Positions 46,470 to 59,759 of a stretch of DNA of 64,000 nucleotides are shown here, one piece after another. Each line of letters starts with the position of its first letter. Within the stretch, counting starts at the first letter, position 1. The position numbers and the translations under genes are program-made. Source of the stretch: Podarcis tiliguerta (lineage: Eukaryota); the NCBI GenBank assembly GCA_965153285.1, contig OZ229123.1. One strand, written 5' to 3'. A model generated the notes under the pieces. That model ran no database searches and was not told where the DNA came from. It saw nothing but the letters and a program-made list of their open reading frames with translations.

Positions 46470-47690
46470 GGTTGGACTAGATGAGCCTCAGGAATCCCTT
46501 GCAACTCTGCAATTCTATAATTCTATGATGCCCTGCTTGGACTGCAAACACAGCTGTGGAGCAGATTGTTTGTCTCCAAACAATTGTGTTCATTGAAGCC
46601 CTTAAACTTGTGTTATGGAAACAGCCCCTTATCGTTCTTTGTCTTCAAGTAAGCATTTGTTTATCAAATTGACTGATAGCGGTTTTTAAAAGGCCTTTCA
46701 CCAGCTGAGTTTTTCTTCAGCGGGTAACTGTGTTTTGATTCGCATATTGCTTTAGGAGATGCACATTTCGTAAGTTTGCCTTTAAATGCAAATGAAATTG
46801 AATTTCTTCCCCCTCCCTACTTCCCAGTTGCATCCCTTGAAAGTCCTGCTCTATCTGCGGGCTCTTGGTCAATGCAGCAATGGAAAAACACAAAGACCCT
46901 GGAGCCAGAAAATGCTTACTGAGAGCCAGCAAGTACCTTTATACCACGAACTTATACCCATTTTACTTTGGTTTCACTGGCATTGAAGAATTCTGTGAAT
47001 TGGTTTGCTGATAAGGAGATCACTCTCCCATCCTGGGGCAAAAGGGGGTGGCTGAAATGCATGGTGTTCATTTCAAAGAACTGCAGTCTCTAGGGCAGGA
47101 CCAGCAAGCCTCTCAGCACTTCCACCTCACCCCAGGATTCCTTGGGAAAAGGAAGCTATGACTGTTAAAAGTGACAGGGATATATCTGAATTTGGTCCTT
47201 TTCGTGGGAGTTACAGGTTTAGAACAAAACTGAGAAAAATTAGCTGATCCCTCATTATCACAATAGGTCTTTTTAAAATTCAAACAAACAAACAAACAAA
47301 CTGGGGCTACTATTGTCTCACACTGGAACCCCCAATAGCAGTGCAATGTTGATGCAAGTAAATAATCTGTGGGTCTGGGGAGAAAGAAAAGGCATCCTCT
47401 TCACTGCATATTTGCGGTGATTTGTACTCGTGATGCCATCAGGGTGGTCAGACACTTTCAATACTACTTGCAGCTGCAAAAGTTTTGAGGTGGTCACGCT
47501 GCTTCATTTGCAGTTGCTACACAGCCCGGTAACTCCCCCCCCCCCCCGCATAAGATTTTATTAAAGCTTTTTCGTATTACAATAAGATAAAATAAACTCA
47601 TCTAGATAACAACGAAATCAGAGAAAGAAAGAGAAAAGAAAATGCAGAGTCCTCTGTCAAAGGTAGATCTTAATCCTTGTCTCACACAGA

Positions 47691-48022
47691 AAGGGGTCGG
47701 ATTTAGATTTGAGGAGGCCCTAAGCTACTGAAGGTAATGGGGCCCTTTATATGTCCAGCTGTCCTTTGTCAACAACAAATTGTCCCTGTATTTTGTGTTG
47801 AATATATACTATATGGCATTTTATGGACCTAATAGGTATCTAAAGCCATTTGCACATAACACAAAACACTGTTGCTGTATGTAGGTTTTATTTTATTTGT
47901 TTTTTATCTTATATTTTGGAAATGTACATCCAGGGTTTTTTCCCTTTAATTTTTTGGGGGGCCCCCAAGAGAGTGAGGCCCTAAGCTATAGCTTGTCTAG
48001 CTTATACGTAAATCCAGCACTG
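47691..48022. mobile_element. hAT-type non-autonomous element
   Basis: Ends GGGGTCGGATTTA / TAAATCCAGCACTG; subterminal GGCCCTAAGCTA motifs; no TSD found. Confidence 0.6.
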
Positions 48023-51000
48023 GGGTGGACCCTCCCAGCTCTCACCTGGGAGTTTTCCTTTCTTCTCCCAGCCTCCCACCCTGGGAGATCTTCCCTTCCC
48101 TGTCCATATCCCAAAATGACTTGATGAAATCCCATACCTGTTCATACCACAAGTGTTCAGATCCTCCGGTTGGTTGCACTATGGCCCCTCTGGACAGCCA
48201 TAAAACATCACTGAGACTCCCTCCAAAAGTGGTGGACTCTCCTTTATCGGAAACTTTTAAAGAGAGGTTGGATGGTCACCTGCCAGGGATTCTTTAGCTG
48301 TGCTTCCTGTTCTGTAGGGGGGTTGGACTAGATGACCCTTGAGGGTCCCTTTCAATTCCATAATAAAGCAGGACAAATCCACTGCTCATGCCTTGATATT
48401 GTGTCTGTAACATGTTGCAGAATTCACCCACAATAAAACACCAGAACGGTTGGGGATGGGGGTGAGGCAGGAAGAATGGCCCAAGGAAGAGTGTTTGGAG
48501 CTGACACCCGGAACAAAGGAAGAAGAACCATGAGGTTTAGGAAGAGACGCCGCAACAGCAATAATTGCTTGAAAAGCAAAAGCACCAACTTGGGCAGCCT
48601 TTCCCTCTGCAGGTCAAAACTTGCTGATCCTGAGGCACCAGGAGATCTCAGAAAGGGAGGAGTTGCATTTCAGGGAAGGCCCAGGTGGAGACACCTGCAA
48701 AAGGGATGCAGTTTTGCCGTGATGCATCCAGGGCTGCTGAGGTGGCTGCTGCAGAAACGGAGCAGCTCGGAGGAACTGGGAATGTGGGCTGGAAGAGGAC
48801 AAACAGGTGACTCAGGAGAGTCACTCCCTGAAGTTGCTCATCCGTTCAGACCTGGGAGCACCCAGCTTGACAGGGACGTGGAGCTGCACCCCACCAGTGC
48901 CTGGAACGCAGGGGCCACAGGGAACCTCCACCCCTCTGTAAGACACTCTGAGGGTGTGAGGCTCACCAACCAGGATTTGCTGGCTTCTTCTCTGAAACAG
49001 AGGGCCAGTTTTGTAGCCAAACTTCAGCTTCTGACTTTGCTCCATTTCTGTGATTTTCTGCAGCTGGAACAAACCCAGCAGGTCACTCCTGGAATAACAG
49101 ACCAAGGGGGAATCATAGGATTGTCAGGTTGGAAGGGATCCCAAGGATCATCTACTCCAAACCCCTGAAGTGCAGGAAGACAGACACTGGCTGTGGCACT
49201 AGGAAATGTTCCATCTTTTCCCTCCTCAAGGATGAACCGGATTTCAGAAGCAAAGAATGAAACAATAAACACTTGAATGTTCATATACCTGGTTTTTTCT
49301 TTAAGACAGACAACGTGCCTGAATCATGGTGGCAGGATTGACAGGTGCTCCAGTCTTCACGTCACTGCTTTGTATGCCTGTCATTTCAATTTGTTCATTT
49401 GTTATTGCAAACCTTCATCCAAGGAGCTCGGGGTGATGTATGTGGTCCTCTCCGCCTCCCTTCTGTCTTCACAAAATCACTGTGTGTTTGGCAAGACTGA
49501 GAGAGACAGAGAGACTGAAGTCACTCAGCAAACTTCAGGGCTGAGTTTGAACCTGGTCTCCCTGGTCCTACTCTAACCACTACACTACATTGCCTCCTCA
49601 GTTGGGAAGAATCTGGGCTCACCCCAGCGCTGGGGGTCCAAGCGTGAGGAGCCTTCTCTCTGATGCTTTCCTCATGTGAAGTGTGACTGGAGTAAGAGAG
49701 TTGATAAATGAAAGGCACATCCACACCATACATTTAAAGCGTGTTTATACCACTTTAAAAACCATGCTTTCCCCCAGTCCTGGAAACTGTATCTATCCAA
49801 AAGCTACAATTCCCAGCACCCTTGACAAACTGCAGTTCCCAAGGTTCTTTAGTAAAAAGCCATATGCTTTAAATGAGTGTTAAATGGTTTGGAAGTCACC
49901 AAAGACTCAGATTTTTTCATAGCTCTGGGCAGGTAGTTTACTTTCACGGGCATGAGGCAAAAGCCTGGTGGGTGAATATTTAGATTTTATGCTTTATGGA
50001 GAGCTTTTGTATACCCTTCAGTTGAAAGCTGCTCTCAAATTTGCAAAGATAATACAGGCTAGAGAGAGAAGGGAGTGGTTCAAGTTGGAATGGCAGAGAG
50101 AAACTGGGCGGGGGTGAGCTGGAGAGGCTGCCCAAAAAATGTTCCCTGGAGTATTTTCTGTGTTTTCCTCTTTGCTTCTGCTTGGGCTCTGCTTGTTATA
50201 TGAGAAACAGCAGGGGGGGGGGCTCTCTCATCTGAAAGAAACAAAACCCCAAAAGAAAGGGCCATGCACCTTCACGACAGAGAATCTGCTTTGTACGTAG
50301 AAGCTCGCAAGGTTCAATCCTCAGCAGCATCTCCAGGGGAAGGTCTCCTCTCCGGAGAGCCATTGCTGCCAGTCAGTGCCGACAACACTGAGCTTGATTG
50401 ATGGACTCAGTCTATGTTCCCTCTAGTCATTTCCCTAGAATGTCTCAGTCAGGGAAGCACATCACTCTCCCTGACGTCAGCCTCCCTCACCATTTCCTAA
50501 GAGTGGAACTGTCCTCCTCTCTCTGCTTTGCTGTCCTTCCATGGGGCAGGATTGCAAAAGGGCCAGAAAAGGGACAACCTGGGTCATCAAGGGGATGATG
50601 CAGCAACACCCCTCTGAAGAAAGGTTGTTTTCAACATTTGGGACTTTTTAGCTTAGAAAGAAAGGCAAGTAAGAGATGACGTGATAGAGGCGTATAAAAT
50701 TAAGGTGTGGAGAAAGAGAATAACGTTTTTTCCTCCCTCTTTCCTAATACCAGAACTCGTGGACATCCAATGTAGTTGAATGTTGGAGGGTTTGGGACAA
50801 ATTAAAGGACTTCCTCAAAACAGTGCAGAGTTAAACTGTGGAACTCACTTCCCCAGGAGGCAGTGAGGGTCACCAACTTGAATGGCCTTAAAAGAAGATT
50901 ATACAAATGCATGGAGGAGGAGGAGGCTATCAGTGTCTTAGCCATGGTGAGTAGGTTCTCCCTCCACTGTTGGAGACAGGATGCCTCAAAGGCTGGGAAG

Positions 51001-51342
51001 CACAAGTAGGGAGAGACCTGCTGTTGTGGGCTTCCCATTAGGGCATCTGGCTGGTCATGGAGAGAACAGGAGGCTGGGCTAGATGGGCCCCCTTTGACCT
51101 GATCCAGCAGCCAAGCTCTTCTGATCTTGCTTCATAAAGCAACTTGCACCCATTTTAGTGGCAAGAGAAGGGAGATTTCTTCTTTTTCTTCTTCCAATAT
51201 GGATACCAGGAAAGATATAAGCCTAATTTTTGCACAGTTGGACATCCAGGTGACATCCAAAGTAGATCACTTCTGGAAATTAGCTGTGATTTCTGCATTG
51301 AAGGGGGTTGAATGAGATGACCCTCTGGGTCCCTTCCAACTA

Positions 51343-51584
51343 CAGTGGTACCTCAGGTTACAGATGCTTCAGGTTACAGACGCTTCAGGTTACAGACTCC
51401 ACTAACCCAGAAATAGTACCTCAGGTTAAGAACTTTGCTTCAGGATGAGAACAGAAATCACGCACTGGCAGCGCAGCAGCAGCGGGAGGCCCCATTAGCT
51501 AAAGTGGTACCTCAGGTTAAGAACAGTTTCAGGTTAAGAACGGACCTCCAGAACAAATTAAGTTATTAACCCGAGGTACCACTG
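51343..51584. mobile_element. Tc1/mariner-type MITE, CAGTGGTACCTC family
   Basis: TIRs and TA duplication. Confidence 0.88.
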
Positions 51585-51586
51585 TA

Positions 51587-51781
51587 CAGGAAACGGCTGT
51601 TTTGTGCGCATTCAAAGCACACATGACCATGCACACATGGGCTGTTTTTGGACCTGGAAAAGGACATAATGGCGGGGGGCAGGGGCATAACAGGGCATAA
51701 TGGGGACAGGGTGGGCTTATGAGCTTACCAATGCACACAGTGACCCAGAATGCAAACCCCGTGCAAATCACAGGTTGCCTG
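51587..51781. mobile_element. Second TA-flanked MITE abutting the first
   Basis: ta|CAGGAAAC ... GTTGCCTG|ta, imperfect TIR. Confidence 0.65.
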
Positions 51782-52608
51782 TATACAATTCTATGATCCT
51801 ATGAAATGTTGAAAAGAGACATCTGTCGGTGTTCACTCCAGACATTGAAAGCACTTGACTTCCCCCAAAGAATCCTGGGAACTGTAGTTTGCTAAGTACT
51901 GGGAATTGTAGCTCTGTGGGGGAAAACTACAGTTCCCATTATTCTTTTGAGGGTGGGCTGGGGAGGTGTGTTTTAAGGTGTAAGCAGCCACACAGGTGCT
52001 TGCCAGCAATTCATGTCTTGAAAGCAAAACCAGCCTGCCTGCTGCTCTGAGAGCCCTCTGGCTTCCCCAGCTGCCAAACGCATCATGAACCCTTTGTTTA
52101 CACAACGTAGAGCTTCCTTCCCGTGCCAAAAAGCGGTCCCCTGGGCATTGTCTTATGTGAGCTTTGCTTGCTCGTGGATTGGCCTTTTAGAACGATGCAT
52201 TCATTCTCCCAGAGTTCCACTGAGAAAAGTGCAATGGCCACAGCCTGGCACTGTAAGTCATACATTGCACATGAGGCCCCATGATGTGAGTTTCGGCAAT
52301 TGCACAAGCGGTGGAACAAAACAAAGAGGCAGCGTTGGCGGGGAAAATGTCAGGCTCAGAGTCAACAAACTGTCCTGGAAGCTTTTGTGGAGGACAGCAG
52401 AGAAGTCTTTAGAATAATGATGCTGATAAGGGTCTGCATATTCCATGTTAGGAATGTTTGAAGTAGCTGAGAAGAGGGCCTCTAGGCATGTGCAGAGTGC
52501 ATTTCTCTTTCTAGGCTTCCCTCCCACCTTGCTTGAGATCAGGGCATTAAAAGGGGAGCACTTGGGCTACACAGACCAAGGGACATGTTGCATGGGGTTG
52601 GTCTAGAT

Positions 52609-52744
52609 CAGTGGTGGCCAAACTTGGCCCTCCAGCTGTTTTGGGACTACAATTTCCATCATCCCTGGCCACTGGTCCTGTTAGCTAGGGATGATGGGAG
52701 TTGTAGTCCAAAAACAGCTGGAGGGCCAAATTTGGCCACCACTG
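52609..52744. mobile_element. Palindromic hAT-type MITE
   Basis: CAGTGGTGGCCAAACTTGGCCCTCCAGCTGTTTT...AAAACAGCTGGAGGGCCAAATTTGGCCACCACTG; older relatives near 6640-6765, 18320-18450, 32610-32720. Confidence 0.85.
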
Positions 52745-53699
52745 GTAGATGATCCTTGGGGGTCCCTTCCAACTCTATAATTCTTTAAGATGGCACCTTC
52801 AGATGTTCCTAAGCATCCTTCTGCTTCTCCTCCTCCTCCTCCTCCTCCTCCTCCCCCTCTCCAAGGAAGCCAGCACAGTCAATTCCAGCTGTGTGTCTGC
52901 CATCAGCAGGGCTGTGGTGAACTCTGCAAAGACACTTGCTATCTCTAGAGAGGAGAAGGCAAAGAGACCAGCCCCCATGAAGGAACAAAGAGGTTTGTGG
53001 CCAATGTGTTTGGTTTCTCTCCAGAGAAGCATGGAGTTTCTCTTGGAATGTGCCAGGTCAAAAGCAACAAAGAGTGGAGAGGGAGGGGGCTCTCTGGTCA
53101 ACTTTGTGCCCCGCTTGGTAGCCCTGCAGGGGCATTGTTGAGACAAGGACACCGGACATAGGTCTGATCAAGCCCATCCCCATCAACACCCTCCTGTGTT
53201 TAAATGGACAGTGTCCCGTGAGGACATCAGAAGAGCCCTGCAGTGCTGAATCAAGCCAACATCTGGTTCTCAACGCGACCTCCCAGGACCTAGATAGACT
53301 ACTCCTGGATTTGGAGGTTCCAGAAGAAAAATTCTGTGGCCAGATCAGGCCAGAGAGGCTGGATTCAGCCCAGAATCTTTTTCTCGCAGGGGCCAAAGGG
53401 ATGTCCCAATGGGAAAAGACACCAAGCAGCAACTGAGCGCCACTGGAGGGGAGAAACCACAGGAGGCGAGAGGGCTCTTATGCTTGAATCCCACAGGCAA
53501 CTACTACTGTGAGAACAGGATGCTGGACTAGATGGCCCGTTGACCTGATCCAGCACGCTCTTCTTACGCTCTCTCCCCACCTGCGATTCCCAGCAACTAA
53601 TTCAGAGGCATTTTGAGAATTCAGGACGGGATGGGGCTATGAGCTGGAGGAAACCTGTCCTGGGCTGGGTGGTTGCTCTGCAGCAGCCGAGTCAGGCAG

Positions 53700-54450
53700 G
53701 TCCCGATTCCCCTCCCTCTCTGCTCTGCCCCGCACTGAAAGGTCGCCAGAGCGGGTGGGCAGCGGGAGCAGCCTCGCAGCCCTGGTAGTTAGAAGTGCAG
53801 CGCCCCCTGTCGGAAAGGTTGGCGTAGAGACGGCTTCTGCGCATGTTCAGAGTGCTTTTTCTTCCCTAAGCCCGGCACGCCTTCCCTTCCCAGCCCGCCG
53901 ACGGGGAGGAATCCAACTGAAGCCGCATCCTCCCGCCTGGGAAAAGCTTCGCCGGCCGCATTTCCGCCTGCCAGGCCGTTGTACTAACAAGACTGAGGAA
54001 GAGGTGGCGAGCTGAGGGTGGGGGCGGGCGAGGATTTGGCAAGTGAACGGGAGGGGGGTGGGAAGGAACGGAGGGCGCTCCGGGCAACAGAAAGGGGCAG
54101 AGGCGACGGAGGAGGCGGGAGCTCCAGGCAGAGACGGAGCCTGAGACGGAGCCGTCGGGGAAGACGCAGGAAGGCGTCCGCGGGACCAGCGGGAGCACCT
54201 GCCGCCAAGCAGGCGGAGAGGCAGGTGAGGGATGGGCAGGTCGCTCCTTCCAAGGACCCCTCCGAGCCGAGTGGGGGGGGGAGGGAATCAAACTGTCCGG
54301 GGGCTCCGTCGAACCGGAGGGCTGCCTCTTCCGCCGGCTCCCCTAAGCGATCATCTCCGGGGGGGGGGCGCCCCTGATCCCACCCAAGGGATCGAGAACA
54401 GGAGGAATCCCTAGCAGAGCGGGAGGGGTTACCTTCGATGAAGACAGAAG
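53700..54450 (+). promoter_or_regulatory. CpG-island promoter with candidate non-coding first exon (donor CAG|GTGAGG at 54224/54225); probably SCNN1B by synteny
   Basis: CpG-rich; NRF1-like TGCGCATG near 53838; GC box GGGGCGGG near 54021. SCNN1B follows SCNN1G in tetrapods, but none of its coding sequence is in the window, so the identity is an inference. Confidence 0.6.
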
Positions 54451-55001
54451 GGGTCCCCATGGCTCAAGTTCATACGACTCTTGCTTATTGAAGTCCAGAA
54501 CGTTCCCTCTTCCAAGAGGTCTGAAAGCTGCCTCTCTACATCCAACCCCCCCCCCCTTTACTTGCGATGATTATAGGATGGAAATCTGCCTCCTCCCCCC
54601 CCCCCCTAAACCTTGAGAGAACCTTCCTAGGTTAAGAAAGGGGTTAACTTCATTCCCAGGGGGCGAGCAAGTGCCAGAACCCTTCACCCACCTGGGCGCT
54701 GCTGCTGCTTCCCCCCCTCGTCTTCTGAAGCTCTCCAGCCTTCAATTGGCAGGGAGTTCCAGTGGCAGAGCGCTACAGGTGTAGACAAATCCATGGCGGT
54801 GAATGACGCTCTCCGTGGCTACCAGCCGCGGTGTCTGTGCTGCGCTCAGGCTCTGTTTGTGGGCCTCCCAGAAGAGGGTGAGAACAAAATGCTGGACTAC
54901 CTGGTTACCCTACCCCGTGTCCTTTGTCCTGATCCAGTGACCGTCTGGCTCCTCCAATGCTCTCTTGACCGTAATTTATTTTAACTGATTTAAATACTCT
55001 A

Positions 55002-55227
55002 CAGTGGTACCTCGGATTACATACGCTTCAGGTTACAGACTCCACTAACCCAGAAATAGTGCTTCAGGTTAAGAACTTTGCTTCAGGATGAGAACAGAAA
55101 TCACGCACTGGCAGCGCAGCAGCAGCAGGAGGCCCCATTAGCTAAAGTGGTGCTTCAGGTTAAGAACAGTTTCAGGTTAAGAACGGACCTCCGGAATGAA
55201 TTAAGTACTTAACCTGAGGTACCACTG
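55002..55227. mobile_element. Tc1/mariner-type MITE, CAGTGGTACCTC family
   Basis: TIRs and TA duplication. Confidence 0.88.
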
Positions 55228-55673
55228 TAATGGCATTTTTAGATTGTTGTAACTCCTCTGGAGACCTCCGTGTTGAAAAGGGGCGGGGGGATAGTAATCT
55301 ATTGGCCACACTGAGGCTGTTTTCTGGCTCAGGGTTAGCTAAACTGGGAGAATAATGACACACACACACACCCCAATTGGGAGCAGGGATGCACAGTTTT
55401 GCCTAAACCTGCTCCACTCCTCTCTACCAGGGCCAGATTTGGCTGCCCGCTGCCCCTCCCCAAGAATCAGAATTGTGCAAGACTGAAACCACCAGCTTTT
55501 CGACAAGTGCAGCTCATGTACATGGTGGAAAACGTGTGTTTGGCATGTGCACAATGTTCTGCTGTTGTATGGAAAAGTCTGTAATGTGTGAAGTGACCCT
55601 GGGAAGGGGATAAGGGTTTGGAGCAGATCATGTTGGCTGTGGGGAGGAGGGGGCGGCAGCAGCACACAGGAAG

Positions 55674-55815
55674 GGATAGCTCAGTTGTTAGAGCATGAGA
55701 CTCTTAATCTCAGGGTTGTGGGTTCAAAACCCATGTTAGGCAAAAAAGTTTCATGCATTGCAAGGGGTTGGACTAGATGACCCTTGTGGTCCCTTCCAAG
55801 TCTGCGAATCTATAT
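55674..55815 (+). mobile_element. SINE with tRNA-Lys(CTT)-like head and CR1 tail
   Basis: GGATAGCTCAGTTGTTAGAGCATGAGACTCTTAATCTCAGGGTTGTGGGTTCAA followed by GGGGTTGGACTAGATGACC. Confidence 0.75.
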
Positions 55816-57293
55816 GGGAGCAGCGTTGGAGGCCAGAGTCACCAAAGTGTATTGCCCTTCCCTAGTTTCTGCTAAAGACCAAATCCTTTTTATTTATTTA
55901 TTATTTTATTTTTTTGGATATATTTTTACTGAACAATTTAAACAAATAAATTATCAATCAATATACCGGTAACCATTTCCAAATCCTTTAAAAAAAAAAA
56001 TTCTCAGGAAAGGCTCCTTTGAAGATTAACCCTAACCCTTCCCCAACCCAGTGCCCTCCAGAAGTTCGAGGCTACAACTCTCACCAGCCTCTGTGCCCTG
56101 CAGCAATGCTGCCTGGGGCTGATGGAAGGAGCCACCCAAAATATCCGGAAGGCATCAAGTTTGGGGAAGGGTGGTTTAAGCCAAGCTGATCGCCAGCAAA
56201 GGAAGCACTTCTTTGTGCACTGCATAGTTAATCTTTGGAACTCCCTCCCACAGGAGGCAGGGATGACCACCGACTTGGATGGGTTTAAAAGAGGATTAAG
56301 CAAGTTTATATCAAGGACTACTAGCCATGATAGCTATACTCTGTCCCCAAAGTTGGAGGCAGCCATGCTTCTCAAAACCAGTTGCTGCAAACCACAGGAA
56401 GGTAGAGAGTGCTCTGGGGCTGAAGTCCTGCTTGTGGGTGTCTTATAATAGGCATCTGGTTGGCACTTTTAGAACAAGATATTGAACTAGATGAACCATT
56501 TGCCTGATCCAGAAGACTCTTCTAACGTTCTTATGAAGCAGGTATCAATCAATAATAATATAAAAAAACCCAGTTATTGCTAGAAATACTCAAATAACTC
56601 CCGCCACCTTTTGCTTGAATAAGTCCCTAAGCCAAGAGCTGGAGGCATCCTTAACCGGCCTATCAAAGATCTCTGCTTATTTAAATGGTGGTTATTCCAG
56701 TTTCCAAACGAGGAGTCAAAGTTCAAGAAGCTCAGTGAGTGATCTCAGGTGGTTCAAACTATTTGTTCTTCCCAACCTGAAGGCTTTGGGCTCTGAGCCA
56801 CGGGCAGCCTGAATGATGGAGGGAGGACCTTGCGCTGTCTGGGTGCCAAGAGTCTTGGACTCCCAGAGTCCAGTTTCTGCCTGTTTTAAGTGAGCAATTT
56901 TGCTGTGCTCATAAATGTCCTTCTCTTCTGCCTTGTTGCTCAACTTCCCTGTCAACCCCCAGTTTCTGCATGCTAGAAACAGCATCCAAAGAGCAACACA
57001 GAGCTCTGTTTCCCCAAATGTGTCCCATTTGCCATGCTAGCCAGAAAACATCCTTGGTGTTCTGCTAGGTGAAGTGTGTCCTGCTGAGCTTGATGAGAGG
57101 CCAGGTTGTTGTGGGCGGCAGGTTTTTTCCCCAGCGTCAGGGATGCCAATCCAGTGCTCCCAGCTGACGCTCGTAAGCCACACCTTAGTTTCAACAGCTG
57201 AGTGAGCAGCACAGGTGGAACAGCTGCTGGAGGGAAGGCTTCAGAAACCCCAGGAGATGTTCACCTGTCTCCCACAGCCTTGTCCTGCATCAG

Positions 57294-57528
57294 ACCTCAG
57301 GTTACATATGCTTCAGGTTACATACGCTTCAGGTTACAGACTCCGCTAACCCAGAAATATTACCTCAGGTTAAGAACTTTGCTTCAGGTTGAGAACAGAA
57401 ATCATGTTCCGGCGGCGTGGCAGCAGCAGGAGGCCCCATTAACTAAAGTGGTGCTTCAGGTTAAGAACAGTTTCAGGTTAAGTACAGACCTCCGGAACAA
57501 ATTAAGTACTTAACCCGAGGTACCACTG
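57294..57528. mobile_element. Tc1/mariner-type MITE, left TIR truncated
   Basis: Same family as 51343 and 55002; right TIR GAGGTACCACTG|TA. Confidence 0.8.
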
Positions 57529-58823
57529 TATTGAGTTGCAGGTATATAGTCACATAGGTGGGGGGTTTTGGAGGGAAGGGGCATTGTCAAGAGTGAAGTC
57601 AGAAGGAAATGAATGCAGAAAGGGACAGGTGGTGATAATGACATTTTTAACAATGGTCATTTATAATCTGCCTCTTTCCCTTTTGCAGGAGACAAAGGGG
57701 ACACCCCCTTTTGTACATGTGTAACCCAAGGCTTATTCTGCTCCCGAAAACAGCCATTGCTGCCAACGCCTGAGAAATTCTGCCACAGGAAGGAGCTATT
57801 GGTTGAAGCTCCCTTAGCTCTGCCTGGGACTTGAGTGGGTCTTGGAAGGCACTCGCCTCCCGTTGGCGAATGGAAGACAGCACCCTCTGCCCATTTCACT
57901 CCCCCTGTGGCATCTTTTGAGCCAACGCCATCCTAGATCACTATGGATCCACCAGCAATTACTGGAGAAGACAGAAGCTCGCCAGGTAAGGCACAGGGAG
58001 GCTGCGCCTAGAAAGATCAGCTGGGTGGATGTAGCTCAGTTTGCAGACAGGCTTGATGCAGTCGTATCCTGCATGGCGAAATGGGTGGTGGTGAAAAACC
58101 AGGACAGGTCCTAAGATGACTCTCTCTGATCCGTTTCTCCTCTGGCAGTTATGCCTTCCAGGCTCCCTCCTCGCATGGAGTGATCCTGGATACAAGACTC
58201 CCACCAGCGGCGTGTAGATGCAAATTAGGAACATAGGAAGCTGCCATACTGACAGGCCATTGTTCTAGCTGAATATTGTCCACACTGACTGGCAGCTGCA
58301 CTCCAGAAATTCAGGCAAGAGTCACTCCCAACTCTAGCAGGAGATGCCATCAGGAACTGAACCTGGGACCTTCTGCTTGCAAGGCAGTTAACTCTGCCAC
58401 TGAGCTATGTCCCCTCCCCAAATTCTGAGTTCCAGGTGCGCTACAGCACAGGTTCCCTTCTAAGCCTATCCAACAAAAAGGTGCTTTTGGCCTGGGCAGA
58501 CACAGTGGCTTGAACGCCCAATTCTTTCATCCCTTCCACTTTGATTAACTTCCAGCCTGTGGAAGAGATCTGATGGACTCAAAAGCTTGCTCAGTTATTC
58601 TGCAGCATTTCTGTTGGTCCTAAGAAAGCGGCTTTGGGATTTTCTTAAACTAGAAAGTACACTTGAACCCTTGGCTGTGCATGCTGATGGAATTGATTCC
58701 CCCTGCCCCTGCTTAGCTTCTATGAGTGGGGACCTCTCTCTGAGAACAGCTTCTGACTTGTTTGGTATGTAGAGGATTGGCTGTGATCTGGGAGAAGATG
58801 TGGATGTCCCTGCCATGGAATTA

Positions 58824-59042
58824 CCGTATTTTTTGCTCTATAAGACTCACTTTTTCCCTCCCAAAAAGTAAGGGGAAATGTGTGTGCGTCTTATGGAGCG
58901 AATGCAGGATGCGCAGCTATCCCAGAAGCCAGAACAGTGAGAGGGATCGCTGCGCAGAGGTCCCTCTTGCTGTTCTGGCTTCTGAGATTTGGAATATTAT
59001 TTTTTCTTGTTTTCCTCCTCCAAAAACTAGGTGCGTCTTGTC
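58824..59042. mobile_element. pogo/Tc2-like non-autonomous element, right end truncated
   Basis: ta|CCGTATTTTTTGCTCTATAAGACTCAC; internal GTGCGTCTT repeats. Confidence 0.6.
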
Positions 59043-59727
59043 ACCTGAGGGCCTGCAAGAATGGGGCAGCTTCCTAGTCTGCTAGCCCCCCAAGCTCCTT
59101 GGCTGCTGATATCTGCCAAGGACTCAAAAAATGCCAGTCCCAGCTCTGCCAAAGGAGCAAATCAGGGCTGGGATGGTCTTACAGTAGTGCTGTAGACCCA
59201 GCTGAATGGGCTTCCTTCCAGCAGCGGAGCATATATCTATGCTGCCCAGGGTAGGTGCGCTCCCAAGGGGGACATGGTGTGGAGGGTGCCCTCCCACGAT
59301 AGCCGCTTAGGTGTCTGGAGTGACATGCATGCCCTGCAGCCAGAGGCAGAGCGAGCAGCACACGAGAGTGGAGCGCGCCGCCCATGGTGGACATTCAGCG
59401 CGCTGCCCGCCCGTAACTTCCAAGCCTCCCCCAAGCTGTCAAAACTAACTGGGAAGGAGGGAATGCTGCCGACAGAGTGGCACAGCTCCCCCACTAACCC
59501 CACGGCTCAGGGTAGGCTTGTCACCCCCCTCAGTGAGGGCACCCAGGGCGGTCTGCCCCCACAGCCCCCCCCTTCCTACGCCCCTGCTTCCTCCTGCAAT
59601 CATCTCTCTTTCCACATCAGGGAGATGGGTGAGGTGGAACGTGTCCTCCATAATTTTTCCACTTCTGGTTTTTGAAAATGTGTAGTGCCTCTATGCAAGT
59701 CTTCCTAGACTGGACGAGAGCCATAGC

Positions 59728-59759
<32 letters not shown>

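Noticed and set aside
48476-49168. 230-aa + strand ORF
   Set aside because: No recognisable motif or splice context; the opposite strand has the better exon signals.
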